Positions 38,301 to 52,669 of a DNA stretch of 64,000 nucleotides are shown here, piece by piece (within the stretch, counting starts at the first letter, position 1; the number at the start of each line of letters is the position of its first letter). The translations under genes and the position numbers were made by a program. The notes under the pieces are model-generated. The model was not told the DNA's origin, made no database searches, and saw nothing but the letters and a program-made list of their open reading frames with translations. The stretch spans positions 5,464,517-5,528,516 of the forward strand of contig NW_019091355.1 of assembly GCF_001949145.1 (NCBI RefSeq), written 5' to 3'. The stretch comes from Acanthaster planci (taxonomy: Eukaryota).

Positions 38301-41300
38301 GTTTGAAAAATCGAAACCGAGTAGTGGGACAAAGCTTTGTCCCCATAACGTTTTGGTCCCCAATGAATAGGTAAAAACACGTGTGCAGTGTGAATGTGCG
38401 TGTGGGAAGGAAATGTCAAGTTGCAGTGAGAGACATCAATCGTTTTGATAGACAGGTGCAGAGTTCGCATCAAAAGAGTTCGCCTCAAAAGGAAAAAGGT
38501 AACCCTCGGTTGAGATAACGAAATCACGAGCCTTGAGATGTCCTCATGGGCGGTGCGGTTGAAAAAAAGGTTGCACCGGCAGCTTTTGGTTTCTCGACAG
38601 TATCGTTTTAGCGCACCTTCACAACTTGAAGAACTACGCAGTTATATTGTTCCGCACCCGTTTGAAATCAAATAATTACTGTCTTCGCCTGATTTGGGTT
38701 GACTAAGGTGACGGAGGGGGCGGGTCGTGAAGAAAGTTAAGAGAGGAGTAGGACCGTTGCTCACTGATGACATATTATGTTTAGACGCGCACCCCTCATT
38801 TTACACTCTGTGAAATCCCGATTTCAGGGCAATGAACGTGAGTCGAACCTTTTAGGGGTCCCAAATTGACATTTCGTAATACACGTATAATGAATGATTT
38901 GTGTTGCTTTTGTAAAGTGGCACCAACAGTTGCAGAGTGATCAAGCGTTAATTGTTGCTGTCAGAGTGGGCTTATTTATTGTCCAGACAGCAAAGCCTAA
39001 GGGCAATCAAGCGATTATAATTCTCTCCCATTGTTGGAGGTGCCAGGGCATTTTTGTTAAATGAGGGATCGTGGAAGGAAGCAATGAGTGATAACGACAC
39101 AGACGGGGGTTGAAAGCGAGGCTTATGTGGCCATTTTTGACGGCGCCTCGCCGTGATGGTTCACACGTCATGCGGTCTAGTCCCCAGGCGTTTCGCCTCA
39201 TTCTGTCATGTTACTAACCCCTGGCTGTCGACTATTAATATCGATGATTGATCGTGCCCTTTGTCACTGTCATTAAGCCCTTTGTCAGCTCTGTCAGTTG
39301 GGTTAGGCCTATAATATTAAGAAAATTGATAGTTTTGGTGGGGTATGTATAATTGTACCGTAGAATGTGAAATTGCATTGGCCATTATTCGATTAGGAGA
39401 ACTAGTTAGTGGCAGCCGAAATCGCCTATTGCGCTGTGAAGTGGTTCTTTCGACCGGGGGAACTACAGATGTCACCAAGCATAATGGGAAAATCCACTGC
39501 AACACCTCTGATCATAACCCGTTAATGCAATATTCACTTGACCAGTTTTTGTCCTTTGCATTATACGCCAAGTGGAAACGATAACAAAGCCAAAGAAACA
39601 AACCGAAAGCAAAACAGAACCAAACCAGAGGTTTGTGTTTAGTGAAATTTAATAATGATACTGAGGTTAATAGTGGAATTCATCCTATACCCAGTCGTGT
39701 TGGTTTCAAGTATTGGACTTAATTTAAACATGCTGAAGGAAACAGACTGCTCAGTGCAACGTAATCATTCATTCCATCACACGGCTAAAGCATGTAATTT
39801 AATTTTCCTTTGTCACAAGCTGCCCGTTTCTGTGGTGTATTCAGTCAACAGATCTGCAAAAGAATCGATACCGAATGATTTCGACTATATCGCGAGGGAA
39901 AGCAGGTGGAAACAAGTTCATGTCCGAAATGGATGTTTTGAGGGGCTACGACGTCTGGGTCTGCACTGACCCGCAACGTCAATAGCCGTAGCTGCAGTCC
40001 GCCCTTCTCATTTGGTAAACACGATCTTAACTTGGGCGATGACTGTTGCGGTGACCATCCGAGGGGAAGTTGTGAGAAAAGAACCTACACATTATGATCC
40101 GCTGCTTGCACGATCTGTACCCAATCCGATTATTCGTTGCCATTAAAAAAAATACCTTCGCAGCATTGTCAACGGCAGTTGTATTAAATTAGGCCCAACT
40201 CAGCCTCATGAGCTGGTCTGTTTTCATCCCCGCTTAACAGACCACCTTAATGGTGGATGACTTGGAGTTCGTGGCAAACGGTGTCACTGAACGTGGGGCC
40301 TAGAAGTCACTCTCTGTAATTCGCTACGGTTTCACATTAGTCTGGGGTATGCGCCGGCCTTAAGGCGAGATTCCCTTGTTTCCTGCAACAGCATTTCAAG
40401 CTATTTTTTTCACTTGGTATTACAATAAGCACCACGGACGCAGTCAATTGTATACATGTCCTGGAAGAATGGTCACCTACCTGAGCACTATAGGACGTGT
40501 CATGCGTGTCTACAGTATGAACAATCCAGATGTCGATGAGGAAGAATTAAGACTATTTTAAAGACTGTCTCGGGCTATCTCATGCAGCAACGACTGCGTA
40601 GTCTAGCCACGCGTGAATTTGGAAAAGTTTCACGTATGTTCATCAAAGTACGGCGACATCGTATCTTATGCTTAAGGATGTCCATTCGTGCACGTTTGCA
40701 TAGACCGGAGCAGAATACAGTGGACCTCTTTTTCTGCAAAAATCATAGCTCTTTCCATTCCTATAAAACTTTAACCATTCTCCTTAAGTTTTATCACGCA
40801 CTACCTTTGTCACATCATGAGAGTGATACTCTATGAATAAATAAATTTATCTGACGTGAAAAAGTCACAGAAACCTTTGATGAATAGCATAAAGGAGAAT
40901 AGTTGGAGAGTGCGATGATTTAGAAACGAGGCACGCAACACCCACACGTCAATCGATGACTGCACGCAACTGTCACCTCAGAATCCCGCCTGACGCGTTA
41001 TAGCTGTTAGTTTAGAGCACGCACAGACCAATACCGATCACGTGTCCAGAATGAGCCAACAAGAATCTCGTATAATATAGGGCTGTGCGCACACTACGTG
41101 CTCGAAGGAAGGGTCGGTTTCTTTGGGATACCTGAAATGTGCTTATAGAGTCCTTATTGGATAGCCTTTGGTTGAAGTTGAAAGGGAATGCAGGAGAAGA
41201 CTAATTTGTACTGATAAGTACAGTAAGCTGCTTTTGCAACACACACACCCACACTTCTTTCACAAAATTTCGTGAGAATGATTAGCCTTTCAAAGTGCCG

Positions 41301-44300
41301 TGCTGTGTGTTTGGGTGATGGGTGCGAGCGAAGGGCATGCATATGGCCAGCATGCATCTTCCTTGTTGTCACAGTGTAGGCCTATGTTCAGAACTATGGC
41401 GGGCTATGCGTATGACAGAGCTCAAAGTTCAAAAATGATTATGTAACATCACAGGTGTTATGGGAATCATAACACCTCATAATCATTTTCCTCTGAGTCA
41501 TTGAGCTAGCTTGACCTGATCAGATGCCGTTACTGAACTGGATTAATTTTGCCAGTTTGATTGGATGCGGCAAAAACAATATTCGTTCGTCGGTCTTTGT
41601 GGGCATAGTATCGATTGCAAATTCTCTATTGTCGGAACTGATAGTTGAAATGATAATGGCTTTAACACTGCAGAGAATGACTAAATTCTGTATTTGGAGA
41701 GGCAATTAGAGTCGGGCGCTACCTTCTGAGTCCATGGAGGCTTAAGGGATCTCGCAAATTTTTGGTAATTGGGTTTAGTCATTCGCTTTGTTGGCTGGAT
41801 TTAATTTTTTAGCTTTTACTATTTTTTTAAATGTGATTCAGCTGTTTCATATCCGAGTCGTCGGTGTTTGAAGGCAACTCCAAAATATATTTCTCTCCGT
41901 CTCTGCCCGTCATTATCATTGGTTTTTGCCGCCACCGGTTGTTTTCTCAATCGGTGCTCTGTTACGTCTTCGGAAATGTTCCTGCGCTGCAGATGTGCAC
42001 TTTCTCGCGACGCACGAGTAGAGGGATCTGCTAAGTCTTGCAGAAAGTACATCGGTCAAAGGGTAGAGAGTACCGTCTGTATGTTCCATTTGGGTGATGT
42101 GTGCTTGCAATTATGGCGGGCATTGTTTCATCCAGCGGCAACTGTCACACGGCGTCTGGTAAACGAATCAGTTTACTGCCGCCCACCTTGCGCTGACCAG
42201 CTGCCAAACTCAGTACCAATATAGAGTCGCTCATTTCTAATCAGTCAATTTGTTCCTGGCTGTCAAAAATGACGGGGGCTGCTATTAATGAAGAAAGAGT
42301 CAATTTATATGTTGTACAATAATATTTTTTTGGTCATGAGCGGGTTACAGTATTAGCGACAACCTGTACGTGTTATACACGGCTCAGTGTATTCCCTGTG
42401 GACGCGTTACACGGAGCGTTACTGCATGCCGAAAGTAACCTCTCCGATGGTATAGGTTGAAAGAGTACCTTATCTCCGGTGAGGTTCGCGCGTATAGTTG
42501 CATGTCGTGTAAAGGTCAGTTCGGAGAACGGTACAATATTACAGACTGGCACAAATGTGAAAATACAGAACGTCTAACACGTTCCGCTTTCACAGTTGCT
42601 TTATTTTGAAAACAAAACAAACGGAACTTTGCGTGTTTGCGCAATATGAATAGCCTGCCGTATAGTTTTTGCAAAAGTCTAGGCGAGGTAGGTCTTCAAA
42701 TAACCTGTGTTGGTCTGTATTGTAAAGGCAGTCATTCGTTTAATCAGCTACAGTGTAGGTCACGTAGTGTGATCGATAAACCGTACTTTCTGTTCTCAAT
42801 TGCATTACGCTCATGTTTTTTTTACGTGCGGGGACATCGAAGGTATTCATTTTTAGTCAAGAAAGTGTGATATCGCTTTTCCGGGATCCATAATTTTCTT
42901 CAGGTGCATGCAGGATAGCCTATTAAATGTGCATCAACTAGCCTACAAAGCTAGTTTCTTTGACCGGACATTATTATTAGGCCCGCGCATTATGACGGGC
43001 GGGGGACTATTGCACGCGGCACCCACTTTAATCCTCCCAGCTTAAAAGATTTAATCAAGAAACGAGTAGGTGATGAGATATGATTTGACAGCTTGGAAGC
43101 AATAAGTTGTCCGGTTAGATCAACGAGTCCCAATCGCTGGTTCAAGGCTGCGCGAACTGCTAGGGCGTAAATGATAGGTTTTGATCGGCGCTCGTGGCAA
43201 AGCTTGCAGGGCGAGCCTCTGTATAATTACAAAACAGCCTGACTTTTGTTTTGTTACGTGCAGTTCAAGTCACCACCAACCAAAAGAAACGCGAAATTTA
43301 CTGACAATCGAAGAGTTTTCCTATCACACGCTGAAAATGAAACGGCCTTTGTTGTATTTTATATGGAAAGTGGGATGAGGACGACTGCGGGCCACGAGTC
43401 TTGATACCTTTCAGACAAGAAGTCACCCTTGAATTAACGATAGCTTAGCCGTGCAGGGCGTAATTTGTTATCCGGATGGTAGGTAGCACCTGGCAAATTT
43501 CACAACCAAGAAGGTGAGGAAATTTCTGTGTCACACACTGTAGACTTGTAAATATTTAAACAAGCACAGTTTGACCTATTTCGCAATGGGTGTTTTATTG
43601 AGTTGTAAATTCATTGAGTTCACGTTCGCTTAAGGAGTGTCATGAAACACAGTGAGAGCCGGTTCGGACCGCATTTAAGCCCATACTATTCAACAAAAGA
43701 CAGGGCCATGGGACTCTTCATAAAACAGTGCGTGCCCCCATAAACTATCTGGCTATGCATCAAGCATTCTTGCTGTTATTTGACTTGTCATCAAAGTTGT
43801 TCTCTCACTTTGAGTTTCGATTCGCAGGCAACATTGTCCAATCATTGGGTTTGATTTTGAGTTCGCATGGCCAAACGTGGTGAAGAAATTGTCGCGGAGT
43901 CAGTGGACCCAACACCCCTACCGCCCTTATCACAACAACCCGCTGTCGATTCAATCGCCTCGGCATATCAAAGCAGGAGCCGGCGGATGTCGCTGACGTA
44001 TGCCGGATATTTGGCATGATTTATGTCTTTTGAAGTAGAAATATTGCCCGTGATGTGGTCCGGTTTGCGATCACAAAAGCCACCGCGGTGTTGAACCCCC
44101 CCACCCCCAGGGCGTGTGTGGGGGAGGGGGCTCTGCTTAGCGAGTAATGTCGCGGGCTGTGGTCTGCTGCGATGTCACATCAAGTGAACATTGCACGGGT
44201 GTTATTAAAAGAGAGGCGTTATGCCTCCGACTCGTAGCCATGGTACAATGGTTTCTGCTTCACATGCCTTTCTTTCGTTATGCCACAGTTGTGATTCCTT

Positions 44301-47300
44301 GGCCTAAGTCGCTATCAAGGTGAGCAATAATTGCAAGATTACCTCTTATTGGAAAATCTTAGATGAAATGTGTCGTGTTGGGTCACTTACCAATAATTTC
44401 TGATGGAACAAAATGGCCTGGAATAAACAGAAGATCTGTAATAGTCCCGTTATGATAAACCATGCTAGGATACGGTACCAAACTATAATGAGGTTTCATA
44501 ATGACGCCACCAGTAGAAGGTGCGAAGAGAGCAAGGTTTTTTATGACCACGACGCCAGTTGCGGCAATTTTGGACCTACCGGTGGCAGAGGTTCGAGAAA
44601 TTTCATGTGCTCGGTCTTTGAGAGCATACACCGCTGGAGAGTGCGTATGAAGCATGTGGGCCCGAGCCTTGGGTGGTAACTGCGTATGAGCAGCTAATCT
44701 TCTTCCAACGCACACGTTTTCCATGCTTTTAGATAAGTTTGCTAACTGTTATTTAGAGTTAAGTGCATGTAAGTTGCATCGATCCTCAACACGGAAGTAA
44801 GATTGTCTGGTCTGTTTTTACAGTTGAGAGCATTGTTTCAAAGTTAAATCCACTGTTGTAAAACTTAGGCTTTTTATACGATGATTCCTTATTCTGCCTC
44901 GAAATGATATTTACGTTTTTTCAGTTATATATTGTTTATCTGCTTGTCTGGGATTAATTTCCTCTTCTACTACATAGCAAGATTAGAAGTACATGTATTA
45001 CAACGAAACCACGAAAGACGATTAACCAGGTATCGTTGACAATAATCAAATACAAGACTTTCTGTGCCAACAAGTAATTATAGAGAACCGGACTAAAATG
45101 GAAGCAGCGTCCGATCACCGACCGTAATCAGGATCCGCAAGAAACGAACAGGCCCACGATTGCATCGTTTGTTCACCCAACAATGAATCAGCAGGCAACC
45201 AACATTCCCGCAAAGCTGGTCTGCAGACTTTTGTAATGTGATTGGGGTAAGGTTCATAAAGTGACGTCAGATTATCCCCCTCTTGCCGTTGCAACTCCGA
45301 GAGATCCACCTTGGCCAATCGTATAGTCGCCTTGATGTCATGCAGTTACATAGACAATATCTCAACACTGTTTCATGTTTTCCTGATGACATTTCTCAGA
45401 TTAAATCTTCAAGAGAACTTTGAAAGTCATGGTACTTTAAAGAATTGCGCTGGAAGAAGTCCTTTAACAACTATAACTTCAGGTATTTGGAGTGGAAAGG
45501 CCTTGCAAAAACCTTCTTAGCTTTCGGTGGGAAAGTGAATTTTCATCTTAGTATCAGTCCTGTTCTGGTTCTGTGTTAGTGCACAAATGGATAAAAAGGT
45601 CATGAGGTTGAACTGTTTTCAGAATGTAATTCATTCAAGAGGCTTACGACCGTCTGATAGGTTCCTGTGGGCCTCCCATTTTGGCACTGACGAAGCAAAA
45701 TGTGGTTTTTAAGCCAGAAGCTGTTACCAACGGAGGGTGAAACTTGTGCTCAAGCCACCCATACAAAATGGTGGTCAAAGTTTGTAACTAAAAAGAAAGG
45801 TCTGTACCGGTTTCTACTCACTGGCATTACTTGCAAAAAAAAAACAGTTGAGTCGTATGCTCCTTTTCTGTTGGTGCAAGAAACGTTCATCACTTCCCTT
45901 TTGTTTTCCACCCCCGCGTAGTTAACAACAGGGAGAGTATAGGCAAGAAGATAGTGCAAGCCATCATCACCTTCCAACTTCCGAATCAAGGGCATATATC
46001 TCATCGGACGTCTAATTTCCCTGGGGGTTGTCGGCCACCGGTTCCCCAACTCCACTTTTCAACACTCATTATGAAAAAGGGTATATAATGAATTATTGTG
46101 GGTGATGACCAGCCTTGCTAGATTTACGATGCGTTGACAGGGCGCCGTCCACACATGGGCGGCGGCGACCCGATTGTGGTTTGGCCTTCCCCACCGCTCG
46201 CCGTAATCAACTCAAAAACACCAGCCCTCTGGTAGGTTCGATGAAAGTTAGTATTATCTGTAGAGGCGTTGGTGGAAATTTGAAAGTACAAATTTCCATT
46301 TTTCCCCGAGACGTCACTGCTTCTTGCACTGAAAGACAAAACTATTGGAGTGTTTTCAAAGAACACTGTCATGATATCTTCCAATGGCATGTGCCGGGGA
46401 TCCCCCCGTTTTAATTTTACCCAGAATATTACATCGGGCGCGTAAAAGAAAGGTGGCCCCCAAACCCAGGACAGACCTCTTTAGACTGACAGACCCGAAT
46501 ATGCCTCAGGTACCGCGTTAGTTATGTGGACTTTTTCTCCAAACTCGCACTCGTGTACGTAGACGGAAAAAGAGCAGGTTCTTGAAGCAAAGTGTCACAG
46601 GGTCTAGTCCCGCCCTCCAGAGGCCATTCAACGTTTTTCAAGGACACCCTTTTTCTCTTCCCGCATGTAACCTTTGCCTGTCCTCGCGTTTCCTCTTTCC
46701 CCAGGGCTTCCCCCCTCCCAGACTTCCTCCCAACCAAGCTTGGCAACCCCGTGCACTTGTTAACGATTACCTTTCCTTAACAATCCACCAATATAATGTA
46801 ATGGCTGCTGCAGGTCTGGTGAGTTTTATAATCGGCAGGATCAACGGGGCTGTTTGCGTTTTAGCCGCTGTCTCTTGGGGCCATCATCTTGGGGAATTGG
46901 TACAAAACTAAGTAAATACCAAATTCGCCTCACCGTCAACGCCACACTTTCTCCCCAGTTTATTTCATCGACTTTATTTTAGTACACCCCGTTCTGGCTG
47001 GATTCATTGCAATCACTCCAAATTTGTTTGTCCTTTCCATTTCGAAAATCGGCAGTTTGATCGTCGATCTCACAAGTTTGGGGCCCCAACTATTCCTGGA
47101 TGAACACAGGCCCCCACCTTGTAAGTATCAAATGCTTCAAACTGTCGAATGTTAGCGTTTCTTGAGAAATATTTAGCTGTCATACTAAAGACATTTTAAG
47201 GATTGCACGTGGGTTAATTTTTCACCTTGCCAGCAATGATATCTGTGACTATCATGTAAGACGTCGATAAATGTAGGAATGATGCCTTTCAAATCTGCTG

Positions 47301-50300
47301 AAAACAGCAACCCAGCGCTCGCGGCTGATAGCAAATGCAGCAAGCCTTGTCGCCACGGCCTGAGAATGTGCGTGCGTTTGCCATCATACATGTACACGTG
47401 GTAATTAAACACGTCATTTTTTCTAAACCGGCCATTTTATTTTCACGCGTGCATTCAGGCAAGTAGGGAGTTGGTTGGTTAACTGAAGGGGGGGGTGTAC
47501 AAACCAGACAGCGCGTGAGACGAGCCCTGCTCTGATTAAGTTATCCCCGCCAACATTTTCCTCCAGCAAGGACCAGAATGTATCATTCTCCGGTTTTCTT
47601 TAGTCATTAAGGTAAGTAGTGTGCAGACAGTCGGTGAGCGTTATTAATTCAACCCAGCAATTTTAGGCCTACTGGTTTTCCCTGAGTAGTGTAGGTAAGC
47701 TTTAAATACTTCTCAACTGTGTATTTAGCTAATTCTTCCAAGGACGTGGTCTCTGGTGTATGAAATGATTTCGATATCCATTTAAACGCATTTATGGGAT
47801 TTATTGGAAGAAGGCGGGCAAATAGCTTCTCGTGAGTAGGGAGGATGGAGTAACTGGATTTTTTTCTTTCTCACACAAACGTAATTACCCTCTTCAAGGT
47901 TAACGAGACATTTTATGAAGACGGTTTATGGTCGTAATTTTGTCGAGGAAAATTCGGGCTTTGTGGCTAATCGTGTTGCCTGACCGATCGAACGTCGCCC
48001 AGGCTCTGAGCTCTTCCTACAAGATTTCAGATGAAAAGTATTTTCATCATTTTTTTGGTTCTTTTAACCGCAGGTTTGGCCTTGCAGGGGATCCAAAATT
48101 TAGATCCAATCCATTTATTCCTCAAGATAAAACCTCAAGTGGAGTGGTTAGGATGCAGTGCAGAATGAGTCACTAATTAACTGTCTGAGAGTCAAGATGA
48201 TCCAGTGCGTGTCGAGAAGCCGTAGGTGGAAGTCAGTGCGAGCCAGAGGACTCAACGTGGATCAGCCTTTTATATTTAGCACAGAAATTGCAAACAGTTG
48301 TGTATTTGGGGGTTTGGGGGTGCCTTTTCAAAGTGTTGCATTCAGTGGAGGATTTTTAGTCACTTGATTTTTTTTACGCTTAGTGTTCGATTTACACAAA
48401 AACGCGCCCGTCTTCAAAGTCGCTCAACATTCTTTGCGTACTTGAAATTGCCAATAGAAGTACCACAGATTCGAAGATGCAGGCACCTGCATGGACATAG
48501 TACGCTTCCTGAAATGACTTTGTCCGTCATGTTACGTCACGTGAAAAATCTCTATACCATGCACTAAAAGCAGCCCTAATGTGCAGTTAACTCCTGCGGT
48601 ATGCAAATGTTTTCTTTTACTTGAAATGAATATAATATAATATAATATTAGCTAAAAAGCTGACAATAAGAACCGTACTTCATTGCTACGTCGGATAAAT
48701 AGGCGCCTGTACAGACTACAAGTCTTGGTTCCCACTCTAGAGCTGTATTTAACTTCGCTCGGTTCCCTCGTACTTTATGACAAAGCCGACTCATCCATCA
48801 AAGAGCGATTGGGCCCTCCGATGTCGATCACTGACAACAATAAGGATATTATTTTTTTTAATGAGGAGATATTAATTGCGACATCCTACCCACCTGCCTT
48901 TAGTATATTACGGGTCTGATCTCGCTTCAGCGTCCAGTGCATGGTGACCCTCGGAAAGTACAAGCGATCCATAAAGGGGAGAGATGCTTCAAAATTTGAA
49001 GTGAGGGGGGGGGGTCAGCTTTAATGTTAGTTTTACACGGCATTTGTGTATGTTTAATGGAGGCTGTGCACCTTGTGGGTGATCGCCAACAATTGAATGA
49101 GAAGTGATCAGCATGCCAGCTGCTTCGCAGTGCCCGTTGAATGAAAATGATCCCGTGCAGATGTCTGGCTGTGTACTTGTCGTAGTTTGGCTTTGATCCT
49201 GTGCAAATATATAATTGCTGTGGACACTGTACAAATTGTGGTGTAAACTGTGGAAATTTTGAAGATGTCAAATTGAGCACCACAGCTCTTGCAGTGTTCG
49301 CGTAGATAAAAGAGGGCGCGGTTTCGAAATGGAAGAATCTTACTGAAAGGAATTAAACAAAAATGAATCATTGCTGCTGAAACTTTGGGATTGGTTTGGA
49401 ACAGTTTTCAGCCTCGTTTCTGTGTTTGCCTTATCTGGGGGGAGGAGTGTTATTTTGTACACTGCCCGTTGATTAAAAAAACCGCCTTACGGGCGGTTCA
49501 CGCATGACGTAAAAGTCAAAAGAACCAGAAACCGTAACGTCTGATCAAAATAATTTGCAAGAATTTATATGCCTCTCAACTCCGTTGCATTGTCGCTCCA
49601 CATATCTCGTTTCATCCAATTCGCCTCGCTCTCGTGTTTGCTTGAAGTATGAACCGGCCGTTAAGCAGATAGGGTTTTATAAGGAGACCTTTAATTTCAC
49701 TAAACGGAGCGCGGTAACAGCACACACAATGTCGGTTCGAGGAGCAAGGCCTAGCATTGATTTTTCCCCCCATTCCCAGCACGTCCTTTCCGCCGAACAA
49801 AACAAAACAAAACAAAACAATTCAGGTAGTCACCATTTGCATTGATTTATGGTTTGTAACGGCGTCTTCCCGTTTATTTCTGCGCTCGCCTCGCCGTAGG
49901 AAATTAAAGCGTACGGAGATGAATGACCTGGCATTGTGAGTCCACTCCAAAGGGAAGTCAGACATGACCTTGCCACGACCTTGAAAATTACCGATTTGGA
50001 AAGGTGGCAAGGGGAGACTTTGCCGAAATAATAACGGCATCGTCTAGGTGCTGAGAAGAAACAGATGACGTGATTATGGTCTTGTGGAGCAACTAAAACT
50101 TAGGAACTGTGGTAAATCGTCGATTAACCAATAATTTCAACCCAATTTAGCTTTTGATCCTCCAAAAAAAATCAAAGTGCTTGAATGCTCAAAAGTCTGA
50201 GTGCGAAGTTTACAATGAAGCGTTATTTTCCTGTATTTATTATGCCTGTACATATTTTGTTCTATCTTTCACGACAGCTTAGGGCATTCGATTTTCAATT

Positions 50301-50389
50301 TCATTTGGTACACCTCTCCCCCCAAAAAATACAGCGATAGCGAATTTGCCTCGATGATACGGTGAACAAATAACTGGAACAGCTTTAAA

Positions 50390-50596
50390 CGTCACCCAAA
50401 ACGTCAGTGAAAGTTATTCAAATCTACTGTAGGCTTATTCAAACAAAATCTTGTGACATGATTTCGCGAGAATTGTCCGCCATAGAGATCAATTTTGGAA
50501 GAGGATGTTGCCAGTTGTTGGACGCGGGTACTGTGGGAACTGTTCGAAATGAAAGATACATGCACTCAGTGAAGTTCAGTGACGTCTTGCGTGACG
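50390..50596. repeat. Inverted-repeat-bounded element (possible MITE)
   Basis: CGTCACCCAAAACGTCAGTGAA (50390-50411) matches the reverse complement of 50575-50596 at 19/22. Confidence 0.5.
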
Positions 50597-51460
50597 CACC
50601 GCTTTGCTGATGATGCAGAGGATTCGGCATAAATGTGTTTACCATGAAAAAGAACCCCCGGATTGCATTTTCATTTATGATGTTATCTCCGTGACATTAT
50701 GGAAATACTTTACTTTTTCTCTCGTTTAATTTGTCTGATCATTCTGCATAATTTACAGACAGTTTTCAATTTGGCGTAGGATTCATAGCTAGCTTTGTGT
50801 GGGTTATCTACAGATGCAGCAGATGCACTCGACATTTTAATCATGTCTGTTTCCATCCAAAATTCCATTTGCCGTAATATGTTATTCACAAAAACTGCAC
50901 ATGCACGGACGTTTTCCACAAAAATATGATTAATTGCTGGTTTCGGCTTGGCCGAATTAATAATGCATGTATATTATACATAGACGAGTTCGTTCCGGTT
51001 GAGAACATAACTAGAAATAAAAAAGAAGCTATTTATATTTTTCCCGAGACTCGATTTTTTTTAGCTTAAAAACATCACAAGGGACATTCTAACGTATTAA
51101 AAGGCACGTCGCACTGCCTGTCAATTCGAGCTGTCTGCAAGATACCTCGAATTCACACAACTAAGCTGCGTGTGAGAACTCAATCCAATTCCAGTTTTAA
51201 AGTGGACCGCAATGATTTTTTCTTAGGAACATTTATGAGATCTATTTGACATTTCAATCAGGTTAAAATGCATTGAAAATGCACTGTAATTTTAAATTAT
51301 CCATGCTTTCCTGTACAACTCAGGGCGCTGTTGTTGCGATGTTATCCAGGGAGGACGTGCTTCAGTGCGTATAGTTTTTGCTATTCAAGTAATGAACCCA
51401 TAGTTAACTCGCTGAAAACGTTTCTGTGAAAGGGTTGCATGCTTGCTTATTGCTACATGC

Positions 51461-51650
51461 TTACATTAAGAGTGACTCATCAAAGAAACGAAAATTTAGG
51501 CCACCAAAATCTTTAGAATGCAGGAATTCTTTATGGATAAGTCCCCAAAGCATATTCTCAAGGGTCTGAACATTGCCAAGATAACCAAACGAGGCTGCAG
51601 AGTAAGAGTCCCTCAGGATATAAGTTACGTCCAATTGTTTTATAGGAGTC
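51461..51650 (-). mobile_element. Possible highly decayed L1/Tx1-like ORF2 fragment
   Basis: Frames give KTIGRNL...LLLCSLVWL and QTLENMLWG...LHSKDFGGLNF, reminiscent of the GR..L..S.L.Y and FLW..K..GGL motifs downstream of the L1-type RT. Confidence 0.3.
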
Positions 51651-51689
51651 ATCTAAGATGCTAGAATTAGTGAAACGAGCAATGACATT

Positions 51690-52669
51690 TGTCATTTCAT
51701 ATGTGGATGACATGACAATTATTGAAACACGTACTGCCAAAGATCAATCAAATGTGCCAGCTGTTTTGTCTGAGCTTCACAGTTGGCCATCTGATAACAA
51801 AACGCGGCTTAACTCCCGCCAAATGTACTCCTATATGGATATTTGTTTTTTGAGAAACGAACCCATGCCCTTCTTTATCACCCACAGACATAATAATTGA
51901 ACATTCTGATGGTGTTCAGTTATTGGGAGTTTTCATCCAGGTAGACTTTCATTGGCACGCGCACATTAATTCTTATAATCAAACCGCCAACTTTCGCTTG
52001 TTCACGCTCTGAAAGCTCAAGTGTTAGAGTCTCACAATTCGTGACCTTGTCAGCATATTTAGAAGTCCTTTATCCGTCCCTTGGAGTACGCTACACCTGT
52101 GTGGACATTGGGCAAGCAGTATAATAAAGAAACATAGCGACGATCCGGAGAGAATACGGAAGCGGGCTTGTAGAATCATACTATAGCTTCCAATACCAAC
52201 AATGTTCTGAAGCATTAAGCGTATACAAATTGGACCAGCTGGAATATACTGAGGGAACACTCCCTATATCCATTTTGAGAAATCACATTCCTGCTAAACC
52301 TAGGTACAGTTACCATTTAAGGCATACTGGACAGGTAGGCGAGATCAGGTGTAGAACTGAACGCTTCAAGAGAAGTCCTTTGCCTGACCATATTCGCTTA
52401 CTGAATGTTTTTGATCGATTGATTGTCCTCAAATAACTCAAGTTTCCACTCAACTCTCTGTCTACTTGATTTTTACTTACATTTGATATTTTTGTGTTTT
52501 TTTTCAGTCCCAACTGGTATTTTTTAATTATATTTACTTAATGTTATTAATTGTGTTTATCAGTTTTATTAATAGTAATTTCATTAACAATTTTCATTGA
52601 ATATAAATCATGTGCAATTCGGCAATGCGAGCAATGATCAGTTAAAATAAACCATTTAATGAATGAATG
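51690..52669 (+). mobile_element. 5'-truncated, frameshifted CR1/L2-group LINE (RT C-terminal half plus 3' UTR)
   Basis: SYVDDMTIIE (YVDD at 51700-51711), WPSDNKTRLN, VQLLGVFIQ..HWHAHI, LEYA.PVW-like segment, C-terminal CRTERFKRSPLP..IRLLN to a stop at 52436, then AATAAA (52646) and an (AATG)3 tail. Confidence 0.9.
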
